Positions 1 to 11,459 of a stretch of 64,000 nt of DNA are shown here, piece after piece. Below the pieces are notes generated by a model. That model did no database searches. It had not been told where the DNA came from and saw only the letters and a program-made list of their open reading frames with translations. How positions within the stretch are numbered: the first letter of the stretch is position 1; each line of letters opens with the position of its first letter. Origin of the DNA: Chloropicon primus (lineage: Eukaryota); contig CP060755.1 of the NCBI GenBank assembly GCA_023205875.1, forward strand, positions 434,001 through 498,000, written 5' to 3'. The translations under genes were made by a program, and so were the position numbers.

Positions 1-355
1 GCTCCTCGGAGACCTCCCTGTCCCCGCCCAAGACCTCTGTCATGGACTCCAGGGCCTCGCGCTCCAACCGGTGCTTCTCCTCCTTGGGGACGTTGTCCGA
101 GGGGGCGATGTCCCCCGCGATGGCCTCCGCGATGTCGTGCGCGATCGCCAGCTTGATGCACTTGTTTCTGTCGAGCTTGCCGCCGTCGTCCCCGGCGATC
201 ATGGCCATCACGCTCATCCTGTACATGTGGTCCGCGATGCTCTCCGGGCCGCGAACTCCCTTGCGAACCCACCCGGTCCTCTTCGTGGCCTTCAAGTTTT
301 GCAGAATCCGCAAGAAGTCGATCGCCCTCTTGGGCTCCACGCCGGGCTTCTTCAT
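1..355 (-). CDS. HDDC2: HD-domain 5'-deoxynucleotidase HDDC2-like (3' part beyond window)
   Basis: Manual minus-strand translation from ATG 355: MKKPGVEPKRAIDFLRILQNLKATKRTGWVRKGVRGPESIADHMYRMS...KCIKLAIAHDIAEAIAGDIAPSDNVPKEEKHRLE. RTGW, ESIADHMYRM and HD motifs present. Not in the ORF track because no stop lies in the window. Confidence 0.93.
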   Translation of the reverse strand, partial: MKKPGVEPKRAIDFLRILQNLKATKRTGWVRKGVRGPESIADHMYRMSVMAMIAGDDGGKLDRNKCIKLAIAHDIAEAIAGDIAPSDNVPKEEKHRLEREALESMTEVLGGDREVSEE

Positions 356-798
356 CTTACCGCTTCCGATTGCGAGAGAGCAAGGACACCCCACAGGCGG
401 CACTCGGTTCCCTCCCTCCCCGTCCTGTCAGAGAGAGAGACACACACACATAGAGAGAGATCAGAATTCAGTGCTCAAATCCTCAATACCTCGTCATTCC
501 TTTCGAGCGAGAGGTCGTTGGAAAGCCCCCGAACAACAAGACGCATCCTTCACCCCCAACCCCCAACCTGTTCCTCCCCCCTCACTCGCGTACCTCGGTT
601 CCCTCGTCTGTTCTTCGGTTCTTGGTTCCCTGGGTCGTCTGCCCTCCTGATTTTGATTGCACTGTTATTTGACCTTTACACTAGGTGTTCGAGAGAGATC
701 TCATTGGTGGAGATCTGGAAAGATAAGACGAGCGGAGAGCGCGCGCGACGAGGAGAGAGGAGAGGAAGAGAGAGAGAGAGAGGAGAAGGAGAAGGAGT

Positions 799-1727
799 AT
801 GCAGTGTTTGAGAGTGAAGTCCACCACCACCTCCAGGGTGGGACAAGCGGCGGCGTCCACCCGTAGGACGACCCAAGTTGTGAGGGCCCAGAGGACGAAC
901 CAGGAAAACAAGGTGAGTGATGCGAGGCGAGGCCGTGGCGTGTGGAGAGGGAGGAGGAAGGGGAGGCTTCACGCGGACCCGTCGTCGTGATGGTCTCTCC
1001 CTCCCCCCTCTCTCTTTCTCGGGGGTGGCAAGTGTTCGGGGGACTGACTCTTCCCTCTTCCCTTCCCTCTTCTCTTCTGTTTCTGCTTGCTCGTCGTGCT
1101 TGTGTTTTCCCATGGCCTGGCCAGCCCCACCAGAACGAATGGGTGACCAAGGGGGCGAAGACCCTCGCCGCCGTGGCCCTCGCCGCGACGATTAGCGTTG
1201 CCAATGTCGAGGAGGCCCAGGCCAAGAAGGACATCTCGGGCTTGACGCCCTGCGCCAAATCCAAGCCTTACGCCAAGAGGCAGAAGCAGGAGATCAAGGC
1301 GCTGGAGAAGAGGCTCAAGAAGTACGAGGAGGGAAGCGCCGGCGAGGCGGCCATCAAGGACAGTATCAAAAAGACCAAGAAGCGCTTCAAGATGTACGGA
1401 GACACCGGCGTGCTCTGCGGCAAGGACGGGTACCCTCACCTCATCGCGGACCCCGGTTTCGCCTTGCAGTACGGCCACACGGGAGAGATCCTGGTGCCAA
1501 CCTTCGGGTTCGTCTACATCGCGGGCTTGATCGGGTACGCTGGAAGGACCTACCTCAACTCCCTCAAGGGGGACGCCAAGCCGCAGACCGGAGAGATCAT
1601 CATCGACGTCCCAAAGGCTTTGGACATGTTCTTGCAGGCCACGCTCTGGCCCGTCAAGACCTACACCGAGCTCAGGAACAACACGCTCTTGGCCGCCAAG
1701 GAGGACGTGACCGTCTCTCCAAGGTAA
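799..1727 (+). CDS. PSAF: Photosystem I subunit III (PsaF); exons 799-912, 1134-1727
   Basis: Transit-peptide-like exon 1, GTGAGT...CAG intron in phase 0, mature DISGLTPC...LCGKDGYPHLI...EIIIDVP...VTVSPR. Confidence 0.96.
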
Positions 1728-1902
1728 GGTGAGAGCCGAACCGGGGTGGGCGGGCTTCGCCAGATTGGATTGAAATCGCCGCAGAAATTGTGGGAGTAAT
1801 GGGAACTTGGAGGGTTGCTCTCACAAGTAAACGCGCGGCATAAACGCTTCTTTCTTTGTTTCACAACAGATGGATTAGTATATACACTAAAAGAACAAAC
1901 AC

Positions 1903-4563
1903 CTAAACGAGCTCCTTGAGCACGACCCTTCTCTTGACGGCGTTGGTGACCCCCTCGTGGTACGTGTAAAGCATAGGGTAGGCAACCTCGCGGCAGATGG
2001 TCCCCCCCTTCTTGCCTCCCATCCTCCGCAGCTCCTGCTTGTTCTCCACGGCGGTCCTCATCTTGCTCAGCCAGTGCTCGTGGTGTTTCTTTCTCTCTTC
2101 TCCGCCCGAATTTTTGGAAGCGCTGTCCTTTGGCTTGCTCTTCACCTTGTCCTCGAGGGACTCCTTGACGCCAGCCTCCCTCTTGCTCCTAATTTTCCGT
2201 GTCTCTTGCTCGTACGTGATGATCTGCTTCACGGCGCTGTTCATGTAAATTTCATTGCTGGGCAACCCCTCGTACCTGTGGAACTTGTCGATCTCGGGCT
2301 GGAGGGAGTACGAAGTCCTTGACATGCGGAAGTTGCCATCCGAGTCACCCCCTTGCTTGTTCATTTTCAGGCTCAGGCCATAGGACACCAAGTGGTCCAC
2401 GATTCTCTTCAGGGTGACCCTCTCCTTCGCCCTCATCAACTCGGGGGCCACGGGCCTCAGCCCCCTGGGCACGAGGGATTTGCACAAATGAGGAATCACG
2501 TCCAGGACGGCCGTGGTCGTGTTCATGCCCGATTTGGCAGCAGGCTGCAAATTCGACATCCAGCTGTGCAGCACAGACTCTTGGACACGGTGCTGGTACC
2601 TGGCGTTACCGTCCACTTTAGCCCAGGTGAGCTGCGGCCTCCCGGGGGCCGAGGCCAAAGTGTTGAGGGCGATCGGGGCCGCGACTCTGAACTTGTTTAG
2701 TGAGAAGTCGTTCAGGTCACTGATGCCCTTTGACATCTCATCCGCGAAAACGAACCATTCGGCGGCCTGGCTTGTCTTGACCAAGTTGATGTCCTGGTAC
2801 TTGACATTTGAGAGGTTCTCGAAGCAAGATGTCAGAAGAAGGTCCGTCTCACCAAAGTTCATCAACTTTTGATAGAACTGGGTCACTCTCTGCCTCTTCT
2901 TGCTTGCCCCTCCTTTCGCCTCAAAAGAGGCACGTGGCACAGAAGTAGACGGGCCTCCGTCCGCCTCGCCGAGCTTGCTGTTGGTGTTGAAGACGCTTTC
3001 CATCACGTGGAACACGTTGTCAACCTTGTCCTTGGCCCCAATGCCCATCGCGTGCAGAGATGACATCGAGAGCTTCTGTTGCTGCCTTTGCAGGAATTCA
3101 AGGGTGTTCAGGCAGCTCCTTATGTCCCCATCTGATTTCTGGCTAAGGATTCCAAGGGCATTGCCTTCGGCCTCAATCTTCTCCAGCTGGCAAATTCTCC
3201 GCAACCTCGCACTGATTTTCCTGGAATCTGGTTTCTTGAAGTGGAATATCCTTGCCACGTCCCTCAAAGGCCTAAGGGCGTTGGCGTATAGGTCGTTACA
3301 GATGCAGATGACTGGCCGAGTCAGAATATCTGCCTTCTTTCCCTTCCCCTTTCTTCTGCTGGAACCCTCCCCCTCGACAACACCTGCTGCGGTGGAGGCA
3401 TCCGACCTCTTGGCGTTGATGAGCTGCACTAGCATGTTTATCGCGCCCTTTCCATCCGATCCACCCATGGCCCCATCAATCTCATCGATTACCAGGCAGG
3501 TTGGCCTACCGTCCTTCATGCTCTGCATTTGCATGGCGTCCATGATCTTCTTGTTCAGGGCTCCAGCGTTCCTGTCGTCGCTCGCGTTGACTTCCACAGT
3601 CCTATAGCCGCACTGCTTCGCGGCAATATGGGCCAGCGTGGTCTTTCCAAAGCCAGGAGGGCCGCAAAACAACAAAACTTTCTGGGAAGGCCTGCCGTCC
3701 TTGTCCAGCGCCTCGTTGGTGTACGCGTTTCCCGCCCGGCTGCTTTTCTTCTTGTCGTTTCCCGTTTTCAGCCACTCATTCTTTGAGAGGAACGAACCTG
3801 CCTCCTCCCTCTTCGGCTTGGCAGGCTTCACCTGCTCCTTGCCGAACACATAGTGATCCCAGAGCTTGAGCCAGCGGACGACCTCACGGTTGGTCTGCTC
3901 GTCGCTCAGCAGCTCTATGAATCTCCGAGGAGCGTACTTGGAAACCAGAAGCTTCTCCCCGGCGACATCTGCCCTCTTGGCCTGGCTCAGGTCGGCACCG
4001 TCCACTGACTTGGAGAGGTTCTCTGATTCCTGAATGATCTTTTGGACGCGTTTCCTCTCGACCTGCTCTATCAGCTGTCGCACCGGGACCGCGAGGAAGC
4101 CTCCGGTCTTGCCTTTCCGCTTCCTGCCCGCGACCTGCTTCTTCTCTCGCTGTTCTCCGTTCACGGTGCAGTACACCCTCTTTCCTCCCTCCAAGGTGAC
4201 TGAGACGTGGTCGCGGCCCTCTGTCTGGTAAAGGTAGCGAACGGGCAGGAAGGACTCCTCCTCCTCCTCGCAGTCCTCGTCACTAGGATTGTCGTCGCCC
4301 TGAGTCGCAGCAAGCTCCTGAAGCTCGTTTTCCGTGAGTTCCGCTCTCTCCGTTTCAGGGTCCACCGATTGGCCCACGAGCTGCTCGAGCTCCTGCGTCA
4401 TCCCCAGAGACGCCGGAGCGGCCTCCCCTCCCCCGACCTTCCTCCTCTTCGGCGAGGTGCCCTTGCCACTCTTTTCCTCCTCTTCCAACTCCCCGAGCAA
4501 GTCCATCTGCTCCTCGAGCTCCATCTCCGCCTCCATATCAAGCATGTCGTCAAGGTCGTCCAT
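1903..4563 (-). CDS. CTF18: Chromosome transmission fidelity protein 18 (RFC-like AAA+ clamp loader)
   Basis: KYAPRRFIELLSDEQTNREVVRWLKLWD, Walker A GPPGFGKTT, EVNASDDR, IDEIDG, RPVICICNDLY, C-terminal YHEGVTNAVKR. Confidence 0.95.
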   Translation of the reverse strand: MDDLDDMLDMEAEMELEEQMDLLGELEEEEKSGKGTSPKRRKVGGGEAAPASLGMTQELEQLVGQSVDPETERAELTENELQELAATQGDDNPSDEDCEEEEESFLPVRYLYQTEGRDHVSVTLEGGKRVYCTVNGEQREKKQVAGRKRKGKTGGFLAVPVRQLIEQVERKRVQKIIQESENLSKSVDGADLSQAKRADVAGEKLLVSKYAPRRFIELLSDEQTNREVVRWLKLWDHYVFGKEQVKPAKPKREEAGSFLSKNEWLKTGNDKKKSSRAGNAYTNEALDKDGRPSQKVLLFCGPPGFGKTTLAHIAAKQCGYRTVEVNASDDRNAGALNKKIMDAMQMQSMKDGRPTCLVIDEIDGAMGGSDGKGAINMLVQLINAKRSDASTAAGVVEGEGSSRRKGKGKKADILTRPVICICNDLYANALRPLRDVARIFHFKKPDSRKISARLRRICQLEKIEAEGNALGILSQKSDGDIRSCLNTLEFLQRQQQKLSMSSLHAMGIGAKDKVDNVFHVMESVFNTNSKLGEADGGPSTSVPRASFEAKGGASKKRQRVTQFYQKLMNFGETDLLLTSCFENLSNVKYQDINLVKTSQAAEWFVFADEMSKGISDLNDFSLNKFRVAAPIALNTLASAPGRPQLTWAKVDGNARYQHRVQESVLHSWMSNLQPAAKSGMNTTTAVLDVIPHLCKSLVPRGLRPVAPELMRAKERVTLKRIVDHLVSYGLSLKMNKQGGDSDGNFRMSRTSYSLQPEIDKFHRYEGLPSNEIYMNSAVKQIITYEQETRKIRSKREAGVKESLEDKVKSKPKDSASKNSGGEERKKHHEHWLSKMRTAVENKQELRRMGGKKGGTICREVAYPMLYTYHEGVTNAVKRRVVLKELV

Positions 4564-4720
4564 CCTTACCCCTGTCCCGTCGCACCAGCCTCCTCTGTCA
4601 AACTACGGTGGAGTTGTCTGTCGGAGTCAGTACCTTTCGGTTTGCTGTTCAGTCTACTCAAAAAAACGAGCGCAAAGCTTGTCCACCGATGGGCCAAGCG
4701 AAACAAACGCACGCAGAGTC

Positions 4721-4977
4721 AACCCTTCGACCTGTTCAAGCCTCGTGCATCGCCTCGAGCCCCATTCACACCTCAAATCCCGTCCAAACGTACCTGATCA
4801 CGAAACCACAGAACAACATTCAGTACTTTCGTTCGTAAATCCTTCACTCCTTGGCCATTCCCTCCAACCAAGGGGTCGATCGAATCAGAGAGAGACAAGC
4901 CTTCGATGTATTTAAGCCTCGTGCATCACTTCGAGCCCCTGAACACCTCAAATCCCGTCCAAACGTACCTGATCGCG
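4721..4977. repeat. Imperfect ~80-bp direct repeat (copies ~4721-4802 and ~4898-4977)
   Basis: Shared core AAGCCTCGTGCATC..TCGAGCCCC...ACACCTCAAATCCCGTCCAAACGTACCTGATC in both copies. Confidence 0.9.
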
Positions 4978-5242
4978 GGCGTCCTCGCCGTCTGCTCCTT
5001 CTCTCTGTTGAAAAATGAAAAAAATGAAAAAAATGGCGCGTCGAACTTTTCCGCTTCATATTTCCAAACGGGAATATCAGGTTTGCGCGCAACTTTCACA
5101 CTTGGTTCTGGTTTTCCGTTGGAGACATCGTACAGGAAAGCGACAGATTGTGGAGGACGCCAAAGGCGGAGTCTTGGGAGGGGGGAACTTGACAGAGGTT
5201 GTCGTGTTGGGCCCCTTGGAAGCGCGGTGGTGGTGGCGCACG

Positions 5243-6174
5243 ATGAAGGCGAAGGACAAGAAGATGGTAAAGGATCTAGGGGACGAGTCACCCTTCAAGG
5301 CCAAGGGGTATATGGTGGTCAAGCAGTGGAGCTTTGAGGACTCCAAGTTCAAGCGGGTGGCGAGGCCGGATATATACAAATCTAGCATGGTAAGGGGTCG
5401 CTTGGGGACCTTGTTCGAGCGGGTTTGCAGGGCTAGCGTTCGGGGATCGAGCGACTTTGGTGGCCTTGATCGAGGGTCCTGCTCTCTGTACTGACGTTGG
5501 TCTTGTGCGGCTCTCTTTCGCGTTCTCACGACGACGCGCCCGCAGAACAAGTCGTTTTACGAGGTCATAGTGGAGGAGAGAGAGCGAAAGAAGAAGGAGA
5601 AGGAGCTGCTGGAGCTCGAGAAGGCGGGGGACATGATGCACCTCTTCTCCTCGAAGGACGAGAATGGTGATATGTCGAGGCCTCACACGGCCATGCCGTC
5701 CCCGAGCTATATGCAGCCCACGGGACTCAACACAAAAGGTATACGCGTCCCTCCCCCCGTTTAGTCCCTGCTGGTAGGCTGGGCAGCGAGGCTGACAGTT
5801 TCTGCTCGTTCTCGTTTGGGTCCGCAGTTTGGAGCAAGAGGCCGTTCAGCGCGCGGTGCGAGAACCCTGGCCACCACACTCCGAGGAAACCATTTTTCAC
5901 AAAGGGCTCGAAGACACACACGTCCAAGTTCATGGACAAGGCGGAGGAAAGAATCGTGTACTTCCACGAGCTTGACAAGGAGTCCAAGGTCGTGCAATCG
6001 AGGCGCTTCATGCTGGAACGCGTGACGGGCACGAACAAAAATAGAACCCTCTCGAGGCCGCAGTCCGCGGACACTTGGCGCAGGCACCACTACCAGAGCA
6101 ACCGAACGAGGACCAAGCTGAGAGATATCCTCACAATCCAAGGCATGGAAATGAAGCACCAGCCTTCGTTTTGA
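5243..6174 (+). CDS. Uncharacterised ~228-aa protein; exons 5243-5389, 5546-5738, 5828-6174
   Basis: Three ORF-track fragments join in frame via GTAAGG..CAG and GTATAC..CAG introns with CTGAC branch-like sites. Confidence 0.7.
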
Positions 6175-6747
6175 TTTTGTACTTTGGGTGCTGTGATGCG
6201 GGACACCACGCCGCCCAAAGTAACTTGTACATGAAGAGACCCCTTTGTAGTCTACCACACTTACTTGATACGACGCGGGGACCTTTGGGGTCGCGCTCAC
6301 CCGTGCCCCGATCCTTGGAAGGAGCACAAGCGGGGGCGCCCTGGATTGGTTCTCCTTCGCCCCTTCATCTCCTTCGGCCCCTTTCCCTCCGCCCTCGAGC
6401 CAAGCCTGGCTCCTCGCGCCCGAGCCTCCACTCCAATACCCTTCCCTTCTTCCGGCGACCCTGGCTCTGCTCTTGAACCCCGTTCCAGCAACACCGCCCT
6501 GTCCATTTGATCTGATGCGGATGCTCGTGTGCTCTTTGCTGACATGCATCGCCCCGACACCACCAACCACCATGTGCTGCCCCTCCCGTCCAGCCTGGCT
6601 CCTTCGTCGAGCCTCCTCCTCCTCCGGGTGTTGAACATTCCCCAACATTTCCCAGAATTAGTCAACAAATCGCTCTGGGTCTCAAGTCAAACCACTTGGC
6701 TTGGTGTAGAAAAAGGCATCTAAATTCGCTCCTCTTTTTCCTCTCCC

Positions 6748-6840
6748 GGATCGCGTGATGAGGTTCTAGTACCCGAGTTCGCGCCCGTGCTATTCCCTTG
6801 TTACTCCACTATCGGTGGTTGGATGGCACGGACAGAAATA
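6748..6840 (+). ncRNA. Candidate structured small RNA (snoRNA-like)
   Basis: GTGATGA at 6755-6761 with a short stem and CCGA at 6773-6776; hairpin CCGTGCTATTCC (6785-6796) / GGATGGCACGG (6821-6831) enclosing CTTGTTAC; followed by ACAGAA. Confidence 0.35.
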
Positions 6841-7377
6841 ACGATAACGTCTCCAAATACAAAATAGTTTACGATGTCCAAATCTTGGTCCAAGATTGAG
6901 TTGATGGTACGTCATTAAGAGAACTCTTTCGTTCGTTCTGTCCGGGAGAAGTTCGCGTTCCTGGACGTCTCGGTCCCATCTTAGGATGTGATTTCCGCGC
7001 GAAGGTCGAGTCGGGAAGGGGACGACTTGTTGGGAGAAGAGAGAGAGAGAGAGAGAGGAGACCCGCAGGGGAACAGACTCTTCTTGGAGGTGCAGAGGAG
7101 ACCGGGAGGGATATGTGTGTTAGGGAGAACGCGGTGTGAGGACTGGACCACGAGACGCTTGAGGACTCCTTGGGGGAGCGAGGGACCAGGAGGTGCTGGC
7201 TTGGGTTGTTCGACGGCGACGACGACGATGCAAGAGAGAACAGGCTGAAGGAAGGAAAGAGAGAGAGGAACATGGAACGCGTTTGAGGACCAAGAAGGAA
7301 ACCTATCTTTTAGGCGGGACAGCGTTCAGGGACATAGCGGAAAGACAACCAGGACTCGTTCTCAAGCCGACGACATC

Positions 7378-9192
7378 ATGCACAGTAAGTGGACTCGCCT
7401 CCTCGGTCCACGACTTTTTTTGGTTGGACCTCATTCCAGTCCATGACTTGGGTCGCTGACTCTCAGTCTTTTTCTTTCCCCGCGCTTCGCAGAATACCGC
7501 CTTTTGTCCAAGAAGGGCGAAGGGACCTTCTCGGAGGTGCTCAAGGCCCAGTGCATAAAGAACGGAAAGTACGTCGCTATCAAATGCATGAAGAACCACT
7601 TCGATAGCCTCGAGCAGGTGAACAACCTGAGAGAAATTCAGGCGCTTAGGCGTCTGTCGCCCAACCAGAACATCATCAAGCTCTTGGAGGTGCTGTACGA
7701 CCAGCCTACCGGAAGGCTCGCGCTAGTCTTCGAGTTGATGGACATGAACGTGTACGAAATGATAAAGGGCAGGAGGCACTACATCGCGGAGGAGAAGGTG
7801 AAGAACTACATGTACCAGCTCATCAAGGCCATGGATCACATGCACAGCAACGGAATCTTTCACAGGGACGTGAAGCCCGAGAACATTCTGATCATGGACG
7901 ACATGCTCAAGGTGGCCGACTTTGGAAGCTGCAGGGGGATCTACTCCAAGCAGCCGTACACGGAGTACATCAGTACGAGGTGGTACAGGGCGCCGGAGTG
8001 CATCCTCACGGACGGGTATTACACGTACAAGATGGACATGTGGGGGGTCGGATGCGTCTTCTTCGAGATCATGAGCCTCTACCCGCTGTTCCCGGGGACG
8101 AACGAATTGGATCAGATCGAAAAGATTCACAACATGTCAGGGACGCCGGCGCCAGAGGTGCTGGCAAAGATGAAGAGGCACTCGAACCAGCAGCACATAG
8201 ATTTCAACTTCCCTCACAAGGAAGGGTCGGGGATAGAGAAGCTCGTGCCCCACGTGAGCCAAGAGTGCTGCGACCTCCTCAACAAGCTTTTGGCCTACAA
8301 CCCGGACGAGAGGATCTCCGCGAGGCAGGCTCTGAAGCATCCGTACTTCCGCGAGTTCAGGGATAAAGAGAAGTGGGCTCAGAAACACAGCGAGAAGTCC
8401 TCGGACTCGAGAGAGTCGAGCCGAGTCAGGTACAACAGGGTGAACTTTGGGGCCTCGTCTTCCAACCAGGAGGACGAGAGCGACGACGCCGTGCATTCTC
8501 ACAGGACGCACCGCAGGAGGCACAGGCACAACAACAAGCTTGAGAGCGAGAACTCTGACAAGCACCTGCCGAGCATTAGAAAGAGGAAGGTCACTCAGCA
8601 GGAGCACCACGAGGAGGCCTCTGGCCATAATAGCTACCTTCGGAATCACGACAAGTATGGCAGCACCTACGGCGGCCTCTCCAAGGAGAACTCCCTGGCC
8701 TCGGTGTCCTCTGACATCCACTTGGACACGGATAGGGACGGCCCTTTCCAGTCCAACCTTCCTCCGATCGCTCCCAGCTTGAGCATGCACTCGATATCTG
8801 GGAGGGCCCTGGTGAAGCTCCATCCGACGAGGAACAAGGTCAAGGAGGTCCCCGGGCACTCGCTGTACCACAAGCACCTGGAGAAGAAGCACCTGGAGAG
8901 GAAGCTGGAGAAGAAGAACTTGGAGAAGCCCAACCGAGCGACTTACAACTTCCCCTCGGGCAGGGGTCATTACGGCCACAGCCAAGCTTACACCCGGATC
9001 AAGCATCACCACAAGAGAAAGACTGCGAGGGACAAGGAGCAGACCCTGCAGGTGACGGGCAAGGTGAAGTCCTCGAATCCTTCGCACAGCTACCACCACC
9101 ACCAGCAGCACGCCAAGGGAGGCTTGTCCCACACCAACGTCAAGTACATCAGCCCTTACTCCCGCAGGGCTCTGGGTCAAGCCAATCAGTAA
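7378..9192 (+). CDS. MOK: MOK/RAGE-family MAP-related kinase (LF4-like); exons 7378-7384, 7493-9192
   Basis: Spliced N-terminus MHKYRLLSKKGEGTFSEVLKAQ; HRDVKPEN, DFGSCRG, PYTEYISTRWYRAPE; long His/Ser-rich tail. Confidence 0.93.
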
Positions 9193-9667
9193 GAAGCATA
9201 CATTAGAAGCAGAGGTACTTCTGTCGTCTTGTCTGCCGGGCGCGTGCGGCCACCCCCACGCGCACACCAAGACGGCGTTCGCGCGCGCGCGCGTTGATGT
9301 TGCTCTGGGGCACTTTGCGGGGGAGGGTTTCATCTATTGTGTCTTAATGTGTAGTAACTTACTTTTGTAACATCCTCGGTAGTTTTTCTTTTCGTTTTGG
9401 CGTGTGCCTGGACAGCCCGAGGAGTGAGTAAGTCGTTCGAGAGTTCTCTCTAAAGTGATATCCTATTGCTTTACACGTATAACGCGTACTCGCGGCAATC
9501 GTCCCGCAAACGTATCTGTTGTGCGTGAACCAACCACGAGCAGCTTTTCTTCTCTTAATAGGTTTAGAGACGCAACGGGCAACGGTGTCGACAGGGGGCA
9601 AGAGCACGCTCCTCCCGCTCCCGCTCCCGCATTGTCCATTGGAGGGTTGTCTTGACCTCCCCCCCCT

Positions 9668-10204
9668 TTATCGGAGTCTCCTGGCCTCACGCTCGGACTC
9701 CAAGAGAGTGAGAATATCTCCCTCCCTGACTGGTCCCTTCACGTTACGCATGATGAGACGGTTCTGGTCATCCAAGAACTTCACGCGGACCTGGGTGACC
9801 TGTCCACGAGATCCGGTCCTTCCCATGACCTTGACTACGATAGCGAGCTTAAGAGGCGACTCCTGCGTTGTTTGTTTGTTTGTTTGTTTGAGAGAGAGAG
9901 AGAATCAAGAAAGAAGAAAGAAGAAGAGTTCGTCAGCGACCGACGATCGAGTCTCAAAGCCAAGAGACGTGGTCGAGCAGCAGCAGCAGCAGCAGCGACA
10001 ACAACAAGAACAACAACAAGGTGCGTCGTGTGTTGTTGTTGTGCAAACGCGTCGTGGAATCCCTCGTGGTCGTGTAGGGTCAAGAAGGAAAAGGTCTCTT
10101 TCCCACTCCACACTTCCTGACGACCGACGCGTGCAAGGTCTTGACGCCCTCGCCTTCCGGTGTGCGCTTTTCTCTCTCTCTCTCTCTCTCGTGCCACTTA
10201 CCAT
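9668..10204 (-). CDS. RPS28: 40S ribosomal protein S28; exons 10204-10202 (ATG only), 9862-9668
   Basis: [74 protein letters not shown] intron. Confidence 0.96.
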
Positions 10205-10874
10205 CCTGGCTTGGTGGGTTTGTTGTCCAGTTGTTGTGTTGACACTAGCCTCCTCTCTGCGTTCGTGTTCTGCCTTCTTTCTGCTCGGCGTTTCGCCTCG
10301 CGGCTCTTCTTTTTTCCAGAGCCACCTCCCAAGATGGATTTACTACAGGAGAAAAAAATGGCGGCTCGAGCGGCGGCTGACCAGAAATTTCCATATTTGA
10401 AAAACAAATTCAAATGTGAAAATTTGCTTGGTTGGGGCCGCACATTGTGGAGGGAAGTCGGCTTTGGCTCGGCAATGGGAGGGTGTCCCGTCCAATGGGT
10501 TGGTTTCCGCGGCACCCGCCAAGACAATCTCTCTCTAGTTCTCTAGTTCTCTCTTTCCTGCTCTGTCTCTCTCTGTCTCTCTGTGTGTGTTCCACTCCGT
10601 CGTCCGATCTCAAGCCAGAGGAATCTGCTGCCGAGGAAGAGCGCGTCGTGGCCCAGGCCATCGAAGGTGAGGGGGACAAGGGAGAGGTTGATGACACAGC
10701 CTGGAAGCTTTTTGGGGGGGGCAGGCGCAAGAAAAAGAAGAAAAGAAGAGGAAACGCGCGCAATAATGTCTTTGCATAATATCTTCTGTTTTGCTTACAC
10801 CCACCCACACACCCATAAACAAAAACCAAGGGTGCTTGAACAAAGGCGCAAGAAGACAGAGAGAGAGAGACTCC

Positions 10875-11459
10875 TCAGACGAGCTCGATGTAGACCATCT
10901 CGGCGTTGTCCCCCTTCCTGGACGCGGTGGGGGTGATTCTGGTGTACCCCCCGGGCCTGTCCTCGTAGCGCTCGGCGGCCTCGTCGAAGATGTTCGACAC
11001 GAGCTCGCTGTCGTACAGGAAGGATCTCGCGAGGTTCCTCTTGTGCTCCGCCCCGGCCCCCTCGAGCTTGCTCGCCTGCTTCGCCCACGTGATGACCTTG
11101 TCGACGTGCTCGATGATGGCCTTGGCCTTGGGCTTGGTCGTCTTGATCCTCCCGTGCCTCAGGAGCTCCGTGGTCAGGCTGCGCACGAGGGCCTTCCTCT
11201 GGTCCGCGGGGCGGGACAGGTTGTGCCTCTTCACCCGGTGCCTCATCGCGAACACCGTCCCCCCGTTCGTCGCGCAAGACGCCACCGCCAGGGACGAGCC
11301 CCTCGCGAACCCGCTCGCGGAGGATGTAAGCACCCTCGCCGTCGCCGTCGTCGTCGTCGAGTGCTCCCGCCGTGCGCTTGTTGTCCTGGCGTTCGCCAAC
11401 AAGCCGCCGCACGCCTTGGCCTTCGAGGGCAACGTCCTAAAACCCAACCCCCCGCTCAT
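10875..11459 (-). CDS. Organellar (probably plastid) 50S ribosomal protein L17 (bL17)
   Basis: Transit-peptide-like N-terminus from ATG 11459, then MRHRVKRHNLSRPADQRKALVRSLTTELLRHGRIKTTKPKAK...RPGGYTRI...RKGDNAEMVYIELV. Confidence 0.93.
   Translation of the reverse strand: MSGGLGFRTLPSKAKACGGLLANARTTSARREHSTTTTATARVLTSSASGFARGSSLAVASCATNGGTVFAMRHRVKRHNLSRPADQRKALVRSLTTELLRHGRIKTTKPKAKAIIEHVDKVITWAKQASKLEGAGAEHKRNLARSFLYDSELVSNIFDEAAERYEDRPGGYTRITPTASRKGDNAEMVYIELV

Noticed and set aside
4721..4977. Direct repeats as CRISPR array or LTRs
   Set aside because: Only two diverged copies, eukaryotic context, no cas, RT or transposase gene, no TG..CA ends
5761..6648. 295-aa minus-strand ORF
   Set aside because: Non-ATG start, overlaps the spliced plus-strand gene, no recognisable domain; a small gene at 6.2-6.7 kb cannot be fully excluded
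6755..6780. U4 snRNA (ATGAGGTTCTA..CCGAG resembles its 5' stem-loop)
   Set aside because: The flanking U6-pairing segments and an Sm site were not found; kept only as a generic structured-RNA candidate
9519..10400. Poly-Gln ORF
   Set aside because: Antisense to RPS28; the CAG/CAA run lies in its intron
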